NCBI GenBank assembly: GCA_973895155.1
Contig: OZ316895.1
Span: forward strand, 4,465,081 to 4,529,080
Reading direction: 5' to 3'
Length of the DNA: 64,000 bases
Origin: Marsupella aquatica
Taxonomy: Eukaryota; Plantae; Marchantiophyta
The position numbers and the translations under genes were made by a program. Below are positions 46,697 to 60,000 of this stretch, piece by piece. The first letter of the stretch is position 1. The number at the start of each line of letters is the position of its first letter. The notes below the pieces were generated by a model. That model did no database searches. It worked only from the letters and a program-made list of their open reading frames with translations, and was not told the origin of the DNA.

Positions 46697-48634
46697 ATAC
46701 GCCCTACCCGTATACATTTTGGGGTACGTATTGTATGTTTTACGGTATCTGCACAAATAAAACAAGGCCCATGACCAAAGGTTTGTGGCATATCTGTTTT
46801 ATCTACACAACCATATAATAAACAGGAAATGTACAGCCACTAGCCATGGCAAAAACCTGGTTCCAGAGATTTCACAAGTTAATTTTTATACAAGACTGCC
46901 TAGTTTTCTAATTTCTTTCACCAGCCTCTACAGGGAGAAATGGTTATAAGATAAGATCAATTGTTATGGCAAAAAATTATGTACTATGAATTCTGTGGTG
47001 CATAATTTTATTTGTCCATAACTAGGGAACTAAGGTACATTGTCAGTTTTGAGATGCCCTAGTAATGATTTTCTATGGCTAGAAAGTAACACACCCCACA
47101 AAATAGTATTCTCCTCTAGATGTTTCCATTTTTCCTAATGTAAATACTGAGTTTAGATAAATGCTTATAATATTCTTAAAATTTAAGGTGTTCACAAAAA
47201 CTCTAATTTTGTCAGTCATGTCCAGAATATTATAATTAATCCAATTGCACCAATGGCGAAGGTTTAGGGCAGGCTGTAAGTGAAGTACCGACAGCAAGTT
47301 TTAACTTATACACGCACAATTGTATAGGATTTCCCTCCTTAAGTGCAACTTCCACAAGAATACTTCAAAAAGTTGCACCTAAGGTTATAGCAACGGAAGC
47401 TAATCCTCCATATGTGGAACTTTTGAAGAAATTGCACTTATCCACGGATAACTCGCATATACTTAGGATAACATTATTGGTAACACTATGGATGAGTCAA
47501 CTTTGAATTCTTCCACTTGTGTTGTGTGGGTACATAACGTGGTGACCAGCAGGTTTGCCCGTCTGGATAAGCTGCAATGCCGTGTATTTTGTTTGGAATA
47601 AGAAAACAAAAACCATTTTAGTTATCAGGGGATAAAAGGTTGCACTTATGCAGGGGTGACTGTAATGCTCTTTGGACTCTTGTAAGTCATGTGGCGGAGT
47701 TGAATAACGGATATTCCATGAAATGTAGTCAGTCAAATTGATTGTTCGATGCAATATATTCATGGGTACAATTTATTTTTTTCAAGCAGTTCTGTCCCTT
47801 AGAATTGAACCTTCCAGCACATTTTTGTTATTACCCTTGTTATAACAGAACTCCATAGTCCAAACACAGTAACACAGAACCTGGGATGCTAATACCTGTC
47901 AAGGAGGTGAACTTTAGAAGTGTTCACCATGATTCTAGGGGATCGCCAATGTGTGAAGTAATACCATTATTTAGTCAGTCAATTTTCTGGAGTAGAGCCA
48001 GCGATCTGAATCAAAAACCGCACTTACACCGCTGTCTAGACGCTGAATTTGGTTGTTGGCATTCCAGATCTTGCTTTGCAAAGCAGGTTCCAAAAATCTA
48101 TCATGTTCGAGATGAATTTGAAGGGGGAGATAACACCAGGCACCCATGCCATTCGTAATCTGATCATTTATAATGCAGATACAAAGTTTCTCACACAAAA
48201 GGGTATCTCACATTGCAATGGAAGGCTCTGAGGTACAAACCCATTCCGTGACAGTGAACTGGATTCCAAGTCTCCATCAGTACATCACGATAGAAGAGTC
48301 CATCGCTTACAAGGTTCAAAACAACTTCCAACAGCGCAAGAGCAGATTCAAAGTCCACGTAATAAATAAAAGCGGTGTGAAGATTTATGCCAACGATATA
48401 TACGAAGTGCAATTATGATATTCCATGTTGCTGACAATTACGCTTGGGGACGGTGTACGACTTCTGTCCTGTGTGAATATGTTTGCATGTGCTTCGAACA
48501 AGCATTTCCAGAAAAGTTATCACATTTCTGTGGATATCGGCAAAGACCTTCAACAGCATGATACTAGAAAGAAGGTTGAAAGGGAATAGTTGCCAAACCT
48601 TGCCAGCCCAATGCTACCAAATTCGAGATTTCTT

Positions 48635-51600
48635 CTACAAGGACTCCAACGATTTCATACACAATGATCTTACGGACTCCAAAACTCTCCTTTGACCTTC
48701 CTTGAATTGTTGTGCTAAATGAACATCCCATTGGCTGGTGTCATGTGTACCAGCTTCAAACCTACAAGCACACAATACGAGCATGTTCGGCTTAGTATTA
48801 ACAGAACTTGATATCATACCAACGCGTACGTGTTCAAGGCCAGCTCGAAATTAAAGCTGGAAAATGCGCTTATTCCCAGAACACTGGACTTAAAAATCGC
48901 AAGAATGACTCTTACCCAGAAGATTCGTCAAACCCTTGCAGGGGTTCAAGAAGAGAGTCGACTGTTGATAGCAACGATTCATATACATCCCGCTCGTTTC
49001 TGGGACTTATCTGCAGGTTCATCGTGTTAGTCATTCCGTGATGTGGCCTTCCAGACTTGCAAGATCAAACAAATATCTTAATGTCTTTGCTGTCATGTTG
49101 CACAATTTCTGACAAGGGCTCGAATGAAACAAAAATAGTTCCCGGGACAGAACTTCCGCTAACTCACTGTTCTTTCACCTGTAGATCTTTTTTACTACTG
49201 TTGATACATTTCAATAAACTGCAGCAACAGCTCCCTTTCCTACAGAATTGTATGCCAAAGAACGTTAATAATATAAAATCGATTCTTACCATTTGCCTTC
49301 GTGGGTCTGCTGAATAAGAAACAAAATCGTCCTCTTCCATGCAAGCAACACGCAATGCTGCTAACAGTTGCGTTGGCAGTCGGTGGAATCCCCTGACCAT
49401 ATGCGAAGAGAGTACATTATACTTCTGGATCAAAGCAAGTTGTTGTGGAGCCTCACATATTTCGCTCAAGTCCAGATCTGCAAGGAAAATACAACATTTT
49501 GATAAAGCATGTGAGAGTTATTCATCTGCTGATCTTTTGACGCATTGAGATGTATCATGAACATGCTCACAGCAAACGCTTTCAGGTTGCAATCTAAAGG
49601 ACCATAGCAGACTTTATTGTCACAGCACATACTTCAATTAGAGGAAATTTGGACTAACCAATAGGTATGATATCATAAGGATTGTCTTTTATTAGAAATC
49701 CATAAAAGGTCAGGAGATCTGAACTCTGAAGAGCCCCATAACTCAAAAAGCACTGCTCTCCAACTTTGCACTCCCGCAACGCAAAGAGCTGTAATGTGTT
49801 GGTGCTCTCATTTATTCTGCTGAAGTGGGTAACATGTGGACAGATCTGCTGCGTCAACAGCCAGAGAGGCCACACGTTATTCAACGGAACTTGGGCAGCA
49901 GCTTCTGAAGCAATATCTAGGTGGGAGTCCAACAGAAAGACTTTATCCGCCTCACACAATTGCAAATTACAGAAATTTGGTTTCGGAAAATTGTACAATA
50001 CGACGGTATCATGAGACAATAAAATATGGAACAAAGGATTACCGAATGATTAAGAAGACTTGCAAAAGGAACTAGGCATGTCTGCACTGTCCCACTAGGG
50101 AATTTCACTTTCATTCCATAGGAGTACCACAGCTGACATGCCCACAGAAATTCATCCCAGGTATAAACATTTGCCGGAAGTAGCTCTGGATACTTTTCAC
50201 ACAAAGCTGGAAAGAGTACGTCATACTGGGAGCGAAGATGCTGCAACCAAAATTTCACACTGTTAGCACATGGCCCCCGGCTACACTAAAGACTGCCTGT
50301 AAGAGAAATGACCGTGCAGATAGGAAAAATTTGGCAGCTACCTGTGAGAGATTTGACACCTAACTCTAGACTAGCCTGAGTTTAGTTGGTTCTATTTCAG
50401 AAAGCACCCGCCTTGTAACCCTGGAGAAAGTATTGACTTTGAACAAAATCAGAATAAAACTGTGCCTAACAGATCCCTGGCAAGCACAGTCGCATCAGAA
50501 CTTGACCACCAACCTCCCGAGCTTGAGTTATTTCGTCAACCACCAGAGTTCCTTCAAGTGCCTTCAAGCCTTCAATCCCAAATCCCAATCCTGGACAATG
50601 GCCACAACGGTCAGGGACATTGTTTAGTCTTGGCCTGTAGCTGATCTACAAGAAACTACATATCAGTAGCCAAAAAGAATGTAAAGCATGAGACTCCACC
50701 CTATGTCACTGTCCTCCGATAGATCCTGTCCCTCAACAAGGTAAATTCTAAATATTCGTTTAAAAGCACCTGTCTGAAAAGACTTGGGCAATGATCTGAA
50801 GAATGGAGCAAATCTCGACGTCTTGTTGCGTCTTTCTTTCATACTCCAGAGCAAGGACATTGTTTCTCCACTTAATCCTGGTGTCTCCTTGAGGACAGCA
50901 CCCTGACTCACAGCCAAGAAATCATCGTCAATGAGCTATCTACGGGTAATGATTTCTCCGGCCCTAAATCTATCTCCTGCCTTAATCCGACCCCGCACAA
51001 TACTGACGACCATGGTCTCAAATACCATGTGCAACTACAAACGGGTATCTGTAACCTTTTAGTGTGAAAAAGTGTTTGGGGTGCACCATACCAAGTCCGA
51101 CTTTAGAGCCACATCTTCACTAATAAGAGCTTCTTGAGGGATCTCCAAAACAAGATCTCCCGTCGATATATTGGTGGAAGCAGCTGCCCCCCTTCCCGTC
51201 CCCTCAAAATCTACATCGTCAGCAATGAATGGTCCAATTGGTATGTTTTATAAAATATCGGAAGGGGCTTCAACAATGCCAAACTAATCATAATGTAATC
51301 TGTAGATAGCAAATTTGTTCTTCCTCGAGACAAAAATTGTTGGAAACTTTTCCCAGCTTCAGTACATAATCAATCAAGTTGATATAATCGAAACAGAGGA
51401 CAACGTCTTGTTCGCTGAGCCACTTCTACTGCAATGGATAGTATAAAACTACTCCAATTCATTTTCCTAAGGCAATACTCACTTGCGGGCTGTACGAGAC
51501 CCGTAATGCCTTGCATTGCCGCCCAGCTGGACAATTCCACCTCTGCTTCATGTACGGGCCCCGTGGAGACAGAGGGCGAGTTGCTATCAACTGCATTGAG

Positions 51601-53097
51601 GCGACTCAACACCAAGGAGTGAACTTTTGTTAGAGGAGAGCCAGTGGTGGCACTCATAGCCCCAACGGAAATTCTCAATGCGCGGACAGTCACCTCCAAT
51701 GCCCCGAGAGCCTCGGTCTCATTGCGAGGGCTGAATGGTCCTCTGTCTTCATCCTCCACAAAGTACCACTCTGCCTACATATGCACACCCCACGTCGAAC
51801 ACATTGTTTAAAACCAGAGAAAGAAAGTTGTCTTTAGAAAGTATCCAGATTTGCGCTCCTTGAAATGGCTGTCGGTATTTGACGACGACGAAGGGTAGTA
51901 GAATTGGTTCCCTAAAAGCCCACAAACACTGGATCGGATGAGCTCCACGGCTTGATTCATAGTTTGAGGTGTTATTTATTCCATGACAAGCCCTTTAGGA
52001 ATTGATTTACTTTGGGCCTCTGATTCATTTATCCAATGTAGTGTCGTACCGATCAGATGCGCTAACTTCCTGATTCGGAATGATAATCACTGAGACAAAC
52101 GCCGTCTTTGCCAAAACGAGATACGTTCATTTCAAACGCTGAGTTCATTAGAAAAATGCACCCAAGAATGGCTAAGCGGCAACCGTCTTACCTCTGTGAG
52201 CTGTAAAATACGAGCAGCTTCCAGCAATCTGTCCAGCCACACATCTGTGATGTCTTCAACTTTTACTTTTTCCAGATCATACGTCAGGGACAGCTTCCTC
52301 TGCTGCAGCAAATCCTGAGTAACCCATGACAGAATTCCGTCCATGGCACATACGAGAATATCAGTGAGCCCATTTACGGAATTATACAAAACTAGCTCGA
52401 AGCATTTCCTCCCAACGCCCCAAAGTTCGTCAGTCTGTTGCAAAACGCTGATGCCACGCGGGAAGCAGAGCAGCTAGTTGCCTGTGTAATTTGCCCTCAA
52501 ACGAGGCTCAATACGTCCTAGGTAAAGCGACGATTTTCTAGAGTTTAGATGCGTACCTGCTTCCGTTCACACATAACATCGTGTGGGGCCGGAGGAGAGA
52601 GCTTTATCAGCATTTGGTCTCTCGGCTGCATGATAATGGGCATAGGCAAAACAACGAGTAAGAGAAGGCAAGTTTCGATGTCACTGGAGACGGCAAGACA
52701 GTAATTCCCAGTTCAATGGACAGCACCCAAATCTCGATTCCCAAGGCTCTCAAGAGATCTACCGAACGACAAAATCACAAACAGAGTAATGTATGGATAG
52801 ATGGGGGGCTGGACTAAGCCTTGAAACGAGTAATATAAACAAGAATAAGTTAACCCTAGACCAGAGATGAGCGCTCTGGTACGGTAGGGAGGTACTATCA
52901 GCCACTCGAAGTGTCAGATTTCGGATTTAACAACACCCAGAGTAGAAGTATACAGTCAGTCAGTTTAGCTCCCCAAAAGCAAATCACACAACAGGGAACA
53001 AGTCCAAACCCAACCAGGCGACTAGACGTACCGCTCGGAAGCCTTCTTGTGACGCCATGCGATGCAGGAAACTGTCCTTTCTCCTCAGCTTATCCAT
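48635..53097 (-). CDS. SET-domain protein lysine methyltransferase, Rubisco-LSMT/SETD3 class (At2g18850-like), ~12 exons
   Basis: Exon peptides RLLEAARILQLTE|AEWYFVEDEDRGPFSPRNETEAL, FEGTGRGAAA...GDLVLEIP, SRFAPFFRSLP, TWDEFLWACQLWYSYGMKV, LVPFASLLNHS, GEQCFLSYG..SSDLLTFYGF...NPYD, ISPRNE, ending SLESL*. First exons 53097-53032, 52625-52557, 52314-52192 are all phase 0. Confidence 0.88.
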
Positions 53098-53149
53098 CTC
53101 TGGTGGGAGCAGCTAGTGGCAAAGCTAAAGAAGGGTAGAGTAAGCAGCG

Positions 53150-53151
<2 letters not shown>

Positions 53152-53190
<39 letters not shown>

Positions 53191-53202
53191 TGACGGCGAC
53201 AA

Positions 53203-53256
<54 letters not shown>

Positions 53257-53272
53257 GACGGCGACAACCACA
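53152..53272. repeat. Duplicated (CT)n + CATGACGGCGACAACCAC unit upstream of the SET gene
   Basis: Two (CT)n tracts, each followed by the same 18-mer. Confidence 0.9.
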
Positions 53273-54049
53273 GCAGATCTGTTTCGTTTACAGAAAGGCA
53301 GCTGCGGAGTGCGGAGGGTTAGTTGCATTTTGCCACAAAGTTCTGCTAGAAGACAAAGCCTAGAATTGGATTGATGTTGGTGTAGTAAAGTCGCCGGTCT
53401 ACTTCAGCAAAGGACAATTTCTGAAGAGATACATATATATATGGTGCCTTTTCCTGTCGGCTGCTGAGTCCCAGGAGGGTCCCTACAGGTCACCGATCTG
53501 GCCCACCTCCCGGTTACCCTGCTTTTGGGGAGAAACGTATGTGCGACCCAATTTCATTTTTTAAATCTTGTAAACCTCCATTGTGAGTGGGAGGGGCATG
53601 AACTGCCGTGTCTGAATCAAGAGGTATTACCTCGAGTTTGGATGGAGCCAAAGCGCCTGAGTGCACGAGGAAGTAGAGCGCGTTTTTTCTGGAAGAGGGA
53701 ATACGTGTGTCGATGGCATTTGAAGCCTCGGTGTTGTCGAATCCAGCTACGAATCCAATGTCTAATTTCGAAACTGAGGAACACAGATATGGACGAGCCG
53801 ATTTTCTTAATTCGTGAATGGTTGGATGATTAGTAAGTCGAAACACTTGCCACTCGGTCTAGCTTACGACCGAGTGGCAACTGTGGATTGTGGACACGAG
53901 GACACCTTGTCGTCCCCTGCAGAATTACAACGTTACAGGTGGTTTCGTGCTGCTGATGAAGCTTCTGAGGATATTTTATGTTACATGTTGCTGCTGAGTT
54001 AGTGGGGTCGCATCCGATTCACTACCATGCTGATTGTAGAAACGCATCC

Positions 54050-54290
54050 CACTGAAGGCCCTGTAATTTTTAGTTTGCTACATTGCATTTTTAGTTCTTA
54101 GGCCAATTTTGGCGACCACTCTAAGTCTACACATTGCAGAATGATTTTGTTGAAGCGGAAGGGTGAGCTGAAGGCCCTGTAATTATTAGTTTGCTACATT
54201 GCATTTTTAGTTTTCAGGCCAATTTTGGCGACCACTATATAAAAGTCTACACATTGCAGAATGATTTTGTTGAAGCTGGGAAATTCAGCC
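54050..54290. repeat. ~118-bp tandem duplication
   Basis: CTGAAGGCCCTGTAATT...AAGTCTACACATTGCAGAATGATTTTGTTGAAGC twice. Confidence 0.85.
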
Positions 54291-54464
54291 AGCTGCCAGT
54301 CTTTCACGGCAGCAACACGGTTTCATCATCGACATCATAAAATTTATGTTGCATTGCTGTGTCCAACTCCCAGCAGCAGCACCATAAAACTCGCTGCATT
54401 CTCAAAGTTTGCCAGAGTGATCAGAGCACGCGTTTCCCATGTCGACAGTCCCGTGAAATCTGGA

Positions 54465-54875
54465 AGCGCCCAGAACTTCAGAATCTATCTAATAAAGCGC
54501 AATCAAAAGCGTGTTCATCTTGTTTTTTCGAGGCAAATAAAATATCTGAGAGTGCCCAGAACTTCATAATCTAACCAATAAAGCCAAATTCAAAAAGCGT
54601 GCGATCTGGAGTGCCCAGAACTTTAGAATCTAACTAATAAAGCAAAATTAAAAGCTACTCAGAAGGCCCAGACAGGAGTGCCCAGAACTTCAGAACCTAA
54701 CTAAAAAAGCCAAACATCGTTTTACTAACCTGTCCCCCAAAGTACCCAGGGCCCATATTACTAAGATGGCCCCCAAACAAAATTATTACCAACCAGTCCC
54801 CCATTTCTTACTTGGGTCAGTATTAACTTGTATATCCATCCCCCATTTCTTACTTGGGTCAGTATTAACTTGTAT
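54465..54875. repeat. Short tandem repeats
   Basis: GCCCAGAACTT..GAATCTAAC.AATAAAGC-like unit x4 (54468-54712); CCCCATTTCTTACTTGGGTCAGTATTAACTTGTATA x2 (54798-54876). Confidence 0.8.
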
Positions 54876-56274
54876 AGGGTTCCTGTTGTCAGAACCTCAT
54901 GTGAGTCCCTAGCAATGGAATTTACACTATAGTTATCAATTGGAACCACAGTGGTGATGTTGCTGCTGCAACAATTGACCTCACCACTGTTTACAAAATT
55001 TATAGCTGAATTTCAAAACTAGCAGAGAAGGTTGCAATTATGCTGAATGATAATGTGACAGGTTGACTGTGTAAGTGATAAGGGGTAGTCAATTGGCTGT
55101 TCAATTTGGCTGTCATTCACCTATTCAATCGTCAGCTGTTTCCAAATATCTTTTCCAAGGGTGTCATAATCACAGTCTACCCAGAAAGTCGTTGATGGTC
55201 TACGCTATCTCAGATATGTTGCTGTTGTCTCATCTTGACCCAACGAACAACCCTCCCATCTAGTCCCCTCTGTTGGAAATGAACCATACTTCAGACAAGT
55301 CAAGTCCTCCATAGTCAAGTGTAAAGGTTCTGACTTCAAGTCAAGAAAAGAACACTAGGAAGTCAATCGAACACTATATACTCAGAATTAAGTATGCTGC
55401 TTCGGACGTCACCGAACTTGCACATGGATCATAATTTCTGCAATTTAACGAACGTGCACAGCATTAGTCAGAATCCCAAAGTCTACAAATGAAGTTGGCC
55501 CGTCTTCGCTAGATAAGGCAGCACCAAATACTGGAATTGAACGTCGTTGAAGAGACCATAGCCGCACAGAGAAGGATATTTTGCTTAGAATCAGTCTTCA
55601 GTAGAGCTCAAGGGCTTCGTTGGAATTATGTTTCTGCAAAGATTGCTTTTGGCCTTTCCTAGATTTGAGATCATACAGGCAAGCTGGCAGTGGAATCACC
55701 ACATTGTTCGAGGCCAATGTGATCGGTGATTGCTGACGACGGAGAAACATTCAACTCTCCAAAACAAAGGTTGAGGGCCAATTCAAAGTCATGGTAACAC
55801 GGTGAACAGGTATGGGCATCCTCGTACGTAACATGGTCCGGTAATTGCCTGTTACCGTTGTGGCGACAGGCTGGAGGGCTCACACAAGAACATGGGACAC
55901 AGCCGGCATCGATCATGGAACGCATCAGAAAACTTTTGAAACTCGTCTCATCAAATGGTCGTCTCTCATCAAATGAATCTTTCTGCTCAGTTGGAGCTCA
56001 TCAAGCAAATCCGTACTTAGCAAAAGAAAGCCCAGAGCACCCTACCGTGGGAATCTTCAGTAAAGTCGTTGAGACTTTTCTCGAGTGGAGAGACGTCGGC
56101 CAAAATTGCTGGAACGACTGATTAGTCGCCATTGCGATTGATCTTTGGTCTAGATATTAATTGTACTGTAGATTGAGGGTACAGTCCAGTGCAACCTTAC
56201 TACGTGGCAAGCAAGGTTAGCGCTCCATATTCATAATTTCGGCACAATAATCTACAATGGGCACCCAAAATGAG

Positions 56275-56520
56275 TACAGTAATACGAAAGCTCAAAGCTC
56301 ACTCAAAGAGCCAGAAAGTTAAAGGACCAAATTAATGTACTTAAAAGGCCAAACAAAGAACAAAGGAATAAAAGCAAAAGATCTTCAGAGAGGGGGCCCA
56401 AATTGTGTACAGTAATTCGAAAGCTCAAAGCTCACTCAAAGAGCCAGAAAAGGACGGACTTTCAAAAAAGGCCAAACGAAGCACAACGGACAAAAGGCAA
56501 AAGAGGTCTAGAGAGAAGAG
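56275..56520. repeat. ~130-bp tandem duplication
   Basis: GTACAGTAAT.CGAAAGCTCAAAGCTCACTCAAAGAGCCAGAAA twice. Confidence 0.8.
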
Positions 56521-58050
56521 AAAAGGGCGAATACAAACTCTTAAAAGCTAGAGCAGAACATAAATAAGAGATTAGTGGGATAAAGAAAGTTGATGATTAT
56601 AAAGCATTGGTAGATCAAAGTCAATAGATTCGGAGGGAACGAACTGCAGTTGATGATGGTATCGACTACAGTACTGTGGTACACGTCAGAGTGCAACTTG
56701 ACTTCCGAGTCCAATGTAAGACTTTCGGGGCCCACCGGGGCTCTCTTTGACTTCTGAGCCTCTCTCAATTCATGCCAACGACCAGCCCGTCAACAAAATA
56801 ATCTATTTCGAATTAACAGAAACTAAGAACGAATTCAATTCAAGGTTCATGCTGCTGGTGGAGACAAAGTCAAGGCACTTCTTTATCGAGGCGGACGAGA
56901 AGTGGGTTGGAGAAGATCGAAGCCAGCAGGTTAAACTATTAGATTGGAAATGGAATGGCCATTTAAACGCAAAAATTAAACAGTCGTTGGGGCAGCTCTG
57001 ATCGACGATGGACGAAATTAATCGATCGAGGGAAGTTGCGCACGAATGCGCACCGAGCAAGAGGGATCAGTAGTCTTCGAGGCCGGGAAGGTCATACCTG
57101 CAAGCTAGTACTTGCACAGGGATACACGGAAAGATTTGGACACTGCAAAATTGCGCAAAGGGAGAGCGACGCGGTGCGAGAATTGAGGGCTCCGCGCTGA
57201 GAGTACGGTATAGAAGGGGCCTGGACAGTACGATGAGCTAGGTCTGCTCCAAAAGCTAGCTCAAAGTTTTGATCACTCGTCTTCGCCTGTACGAGAGTCT
57301 ATGTATATGAGTGCTTTCCTTTGTTGAATTGCAAAATGCTCAAAATGTCTTGGTGGATTGGGAGGAAGTCTTTCTGTAAATAGATCTGTAGTTTAGGAAA
57401 TCAAGCTAATTGATTGGTCTTATTACAGACAGGCTTTCTCCTCATCCAGAGACGCTGATGAACTTAACGTATAATCACGTTCCATCTGCGAAAGGAGGCG
57501 GAATACGTACTCCATCCTCTTTAGAAACACACAAGACCCACAACGTCGGGGTGGATAGGGCGAGAGCCTGTCTGTATCAGAAGGTCGTACGAATGTTTCA
57601 ACGCATTCACAAGAGGTCTTATACAGGCAGACTTTTGTCCCATCCTTTGACGATTTACGTTGTACGAAAGGAGGTGGAAATGCATTGTTGTTTAGTGTAC
57701 CAAAGTCAACTGAGAGATGGTTCAGTTCTTCCCAGCACCTCCACCCTAGTGTTCGAGCTCTTGTTTACTGCTGTTCTCTGTACAGACGTATCAGCTAGAG
57801 TGCTCGTTTCGCTTGAACGGCGAAGAACCTCTAATGTCACGGTGGATGGTGGAGAATTTAAGCTGCCTGTGATCAACTGTCTTGTGGGTGACGCAGTCAG
57901 GTCAAATCTCCGAGTTTTCATTGTATTGTACTTGTATATGAGGTTTATTACAGTCAGGCTTTCTCCACAGTCCATAGGGGCGTTCATCATTCTTGGCGGC
58001 GTACGAAATCCAATTCGATTTAGTTCGCCCTAAAACTATGTTCCGTGGTT

Positions 58051-58105
58051 GGGTGGGGTGGGGTGGGGTGGGGTGGGGTGGGGTGGGGTGGGGAGGGGAA
58101 GGGGG
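58051..58105 (+). repeat. (GGGGT)n tract, potential G-quadruplex
   Basis: About 11 consecutive G3-G5 runs separated by 1-2 nt. Confidence 0.9.
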
Positions 58106-59694
58106 TGTTTCTCAATAGAGGACCGACAAATTAAATGCCATTACAGATTGTATGCAATAGATTTCCTGCTCCTTCCGGGCTTCTTCACAATCAACGAGTT
58201 CTGACATTCCATCCTTGTCAGCTGCGATATTAAATCTGATTTATGACCTATGAGGTTTTCGGATTTCTGTCCATGCCAAAATGGAGTTACTCTGACTTTC
58301 CCCGGGTATACTTTCAATAGCTTCCTTAGGTGAAATGTGTCGAAGATCACCTGTAGCCTCAGCTAGTGGAGCTAAGTTTGTGCATGTCCGAGGGAGGATC
58401 TAACAATGTCTGGTGCCCGCAAAAAGTAAGAATGCATCCATTTGATCCACATAAATTGATACAATTCTAAAGCTACGCCTATAAAAGAGCCATCTAGACA
58501 ACCTAGTCTATAAATATATATATCACAATGCAATGTCGACTGCACTTTAGCAAGAACTGAACCATTATATGAGGAGTTTAAGCTTTAGTTGAGGCGTTTG
58601 TACTGGCAGTGCAACGACTGAGGCACAGCTTTGCTGATAGTTTGTTGCTACTCGATCCAGCTTCAATTTACACAAGTTTATGGATCAGGTTGCATAGAAT
58701 CTTCTCTGAATTCATTGAATTTATATATTGAGATGTGATATATTGTACTCACAGATGACTTTTCTTTTCGGAACTTTGATGAGGAAGGCCATCGTTGGTT
58801 GCATTGTCGCCTATCTACACCAGTTTATAGCATGGGAGCAGCTAGGTCCGGCAACACTGCGTCCGGTAGAGATTTTAATTTTACACTTCCCTTGACAAGT
58901 TTATTCTCTTAGTATTGACAAATGGTCCGACATAGATTGCTGATTTTCAACCTATCATATGGACAAAGTACATAATTTCAGTGACATAAGAGTCCATTGA
59001 ACGAGAACTTTTGTGCCAAAGAGACTAACAAGCGGGCTGACAAGACCTTTAAATTCATTCACTGGAGAAAAAATCGGAGGGAGATATTATGGATGGGTAA
59101 TTGGTACAACCTTCCGGTAAAGATGGCTCGCGTGAGATTATTGCCCTCGAGTACGGTAATTTTCGGGCCGATTCCTGTTCCTCGATTCAACTAAGTTCAG
59201 GGATAACTTCATTGTTTCCCGAACGTTAAGAGCGCATCGAACGAGAGTTTGAGTTTCTTTGGACAATTGAATCCAGTTATACCTTCTAGTCCTCCATGCA
59301 CAGAAAAGTGCATTCTAATCCTTTAACGTCATGCCTTTTCAGAATGCATATCAAAGTGCATGCGCTCACCTGCAGTGGCACGAATTTGCAGTAGAGATCA
59401 AGACTCAGAAACTTGGGAAGCTGACTCGCTGATGATGATGTGCATGTTTAATCGAGTTCCCTACTGACGGAGTAAGCATGTGACAGCTGGCTTAGATGTT
59501 CAGCTAGAAACTTCGCGGTTTATCATGCCTATAGCAAACATAAGTACTCACTTAGATTTGCGTTGTTGACGAGAAGGTCAAGCTGAGAGATTCGAATTCG
59601 TTCTTGATAAAAGGGAAGGCAGCTCCGTCATTGAAAAATGTAGAATGAACGATGCTATCAATTGATTGAGGGAATTCCTCGGGGAATTCACTCT

Positions 59695-60000
59695 GATCTG
59701 ACTAGGGCTACTTTGCATTTTCCTTCTGTCGCTTGCTATTTTGCTGACAATTCACCTAAATGCTTGCTCTCTTCCTAATTTTAATCTTTCTAATTAGGGC
59801 TACTTTGCCTATTGCTACTTCGCATTGTCCTTCTGTTGTTTGCTATTTCGCTTGCAATTCACTTGAATGAGTACATCCTCTCTCTTCACTAGTTCTGGGA
59901 GTCAAATTTCTCTGACTAGGGCTACTTGGCCCAGTGCTATTTTGCATTTATCCTTCTGTTCTTTGCTATTTTGCTGGCAACCCACTTGAATGCGTGCTCT
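59695..60000. repeat. ~100-115-bp degenerate tandem repeat x3
   Basis: TAGGGCTACTT.GC...CATT.TCCTTCTGT..TTGCTATTT...CAA.CAC.T.AATG at ~59703, 59795, 59917. Confidence 0.75.

Noticed and set aside
55270-56135. Minus-strand coding-like remnant (kinase- or Ulp1-like words)
   Set aside because: Motifs are too degenerate to assign by eye.
57410-58033. 207-aa plus-strand ORF
   Set aside because: Non-ATG start, no recognisable domain, and likely antisense to the decayed minus-strand gene.
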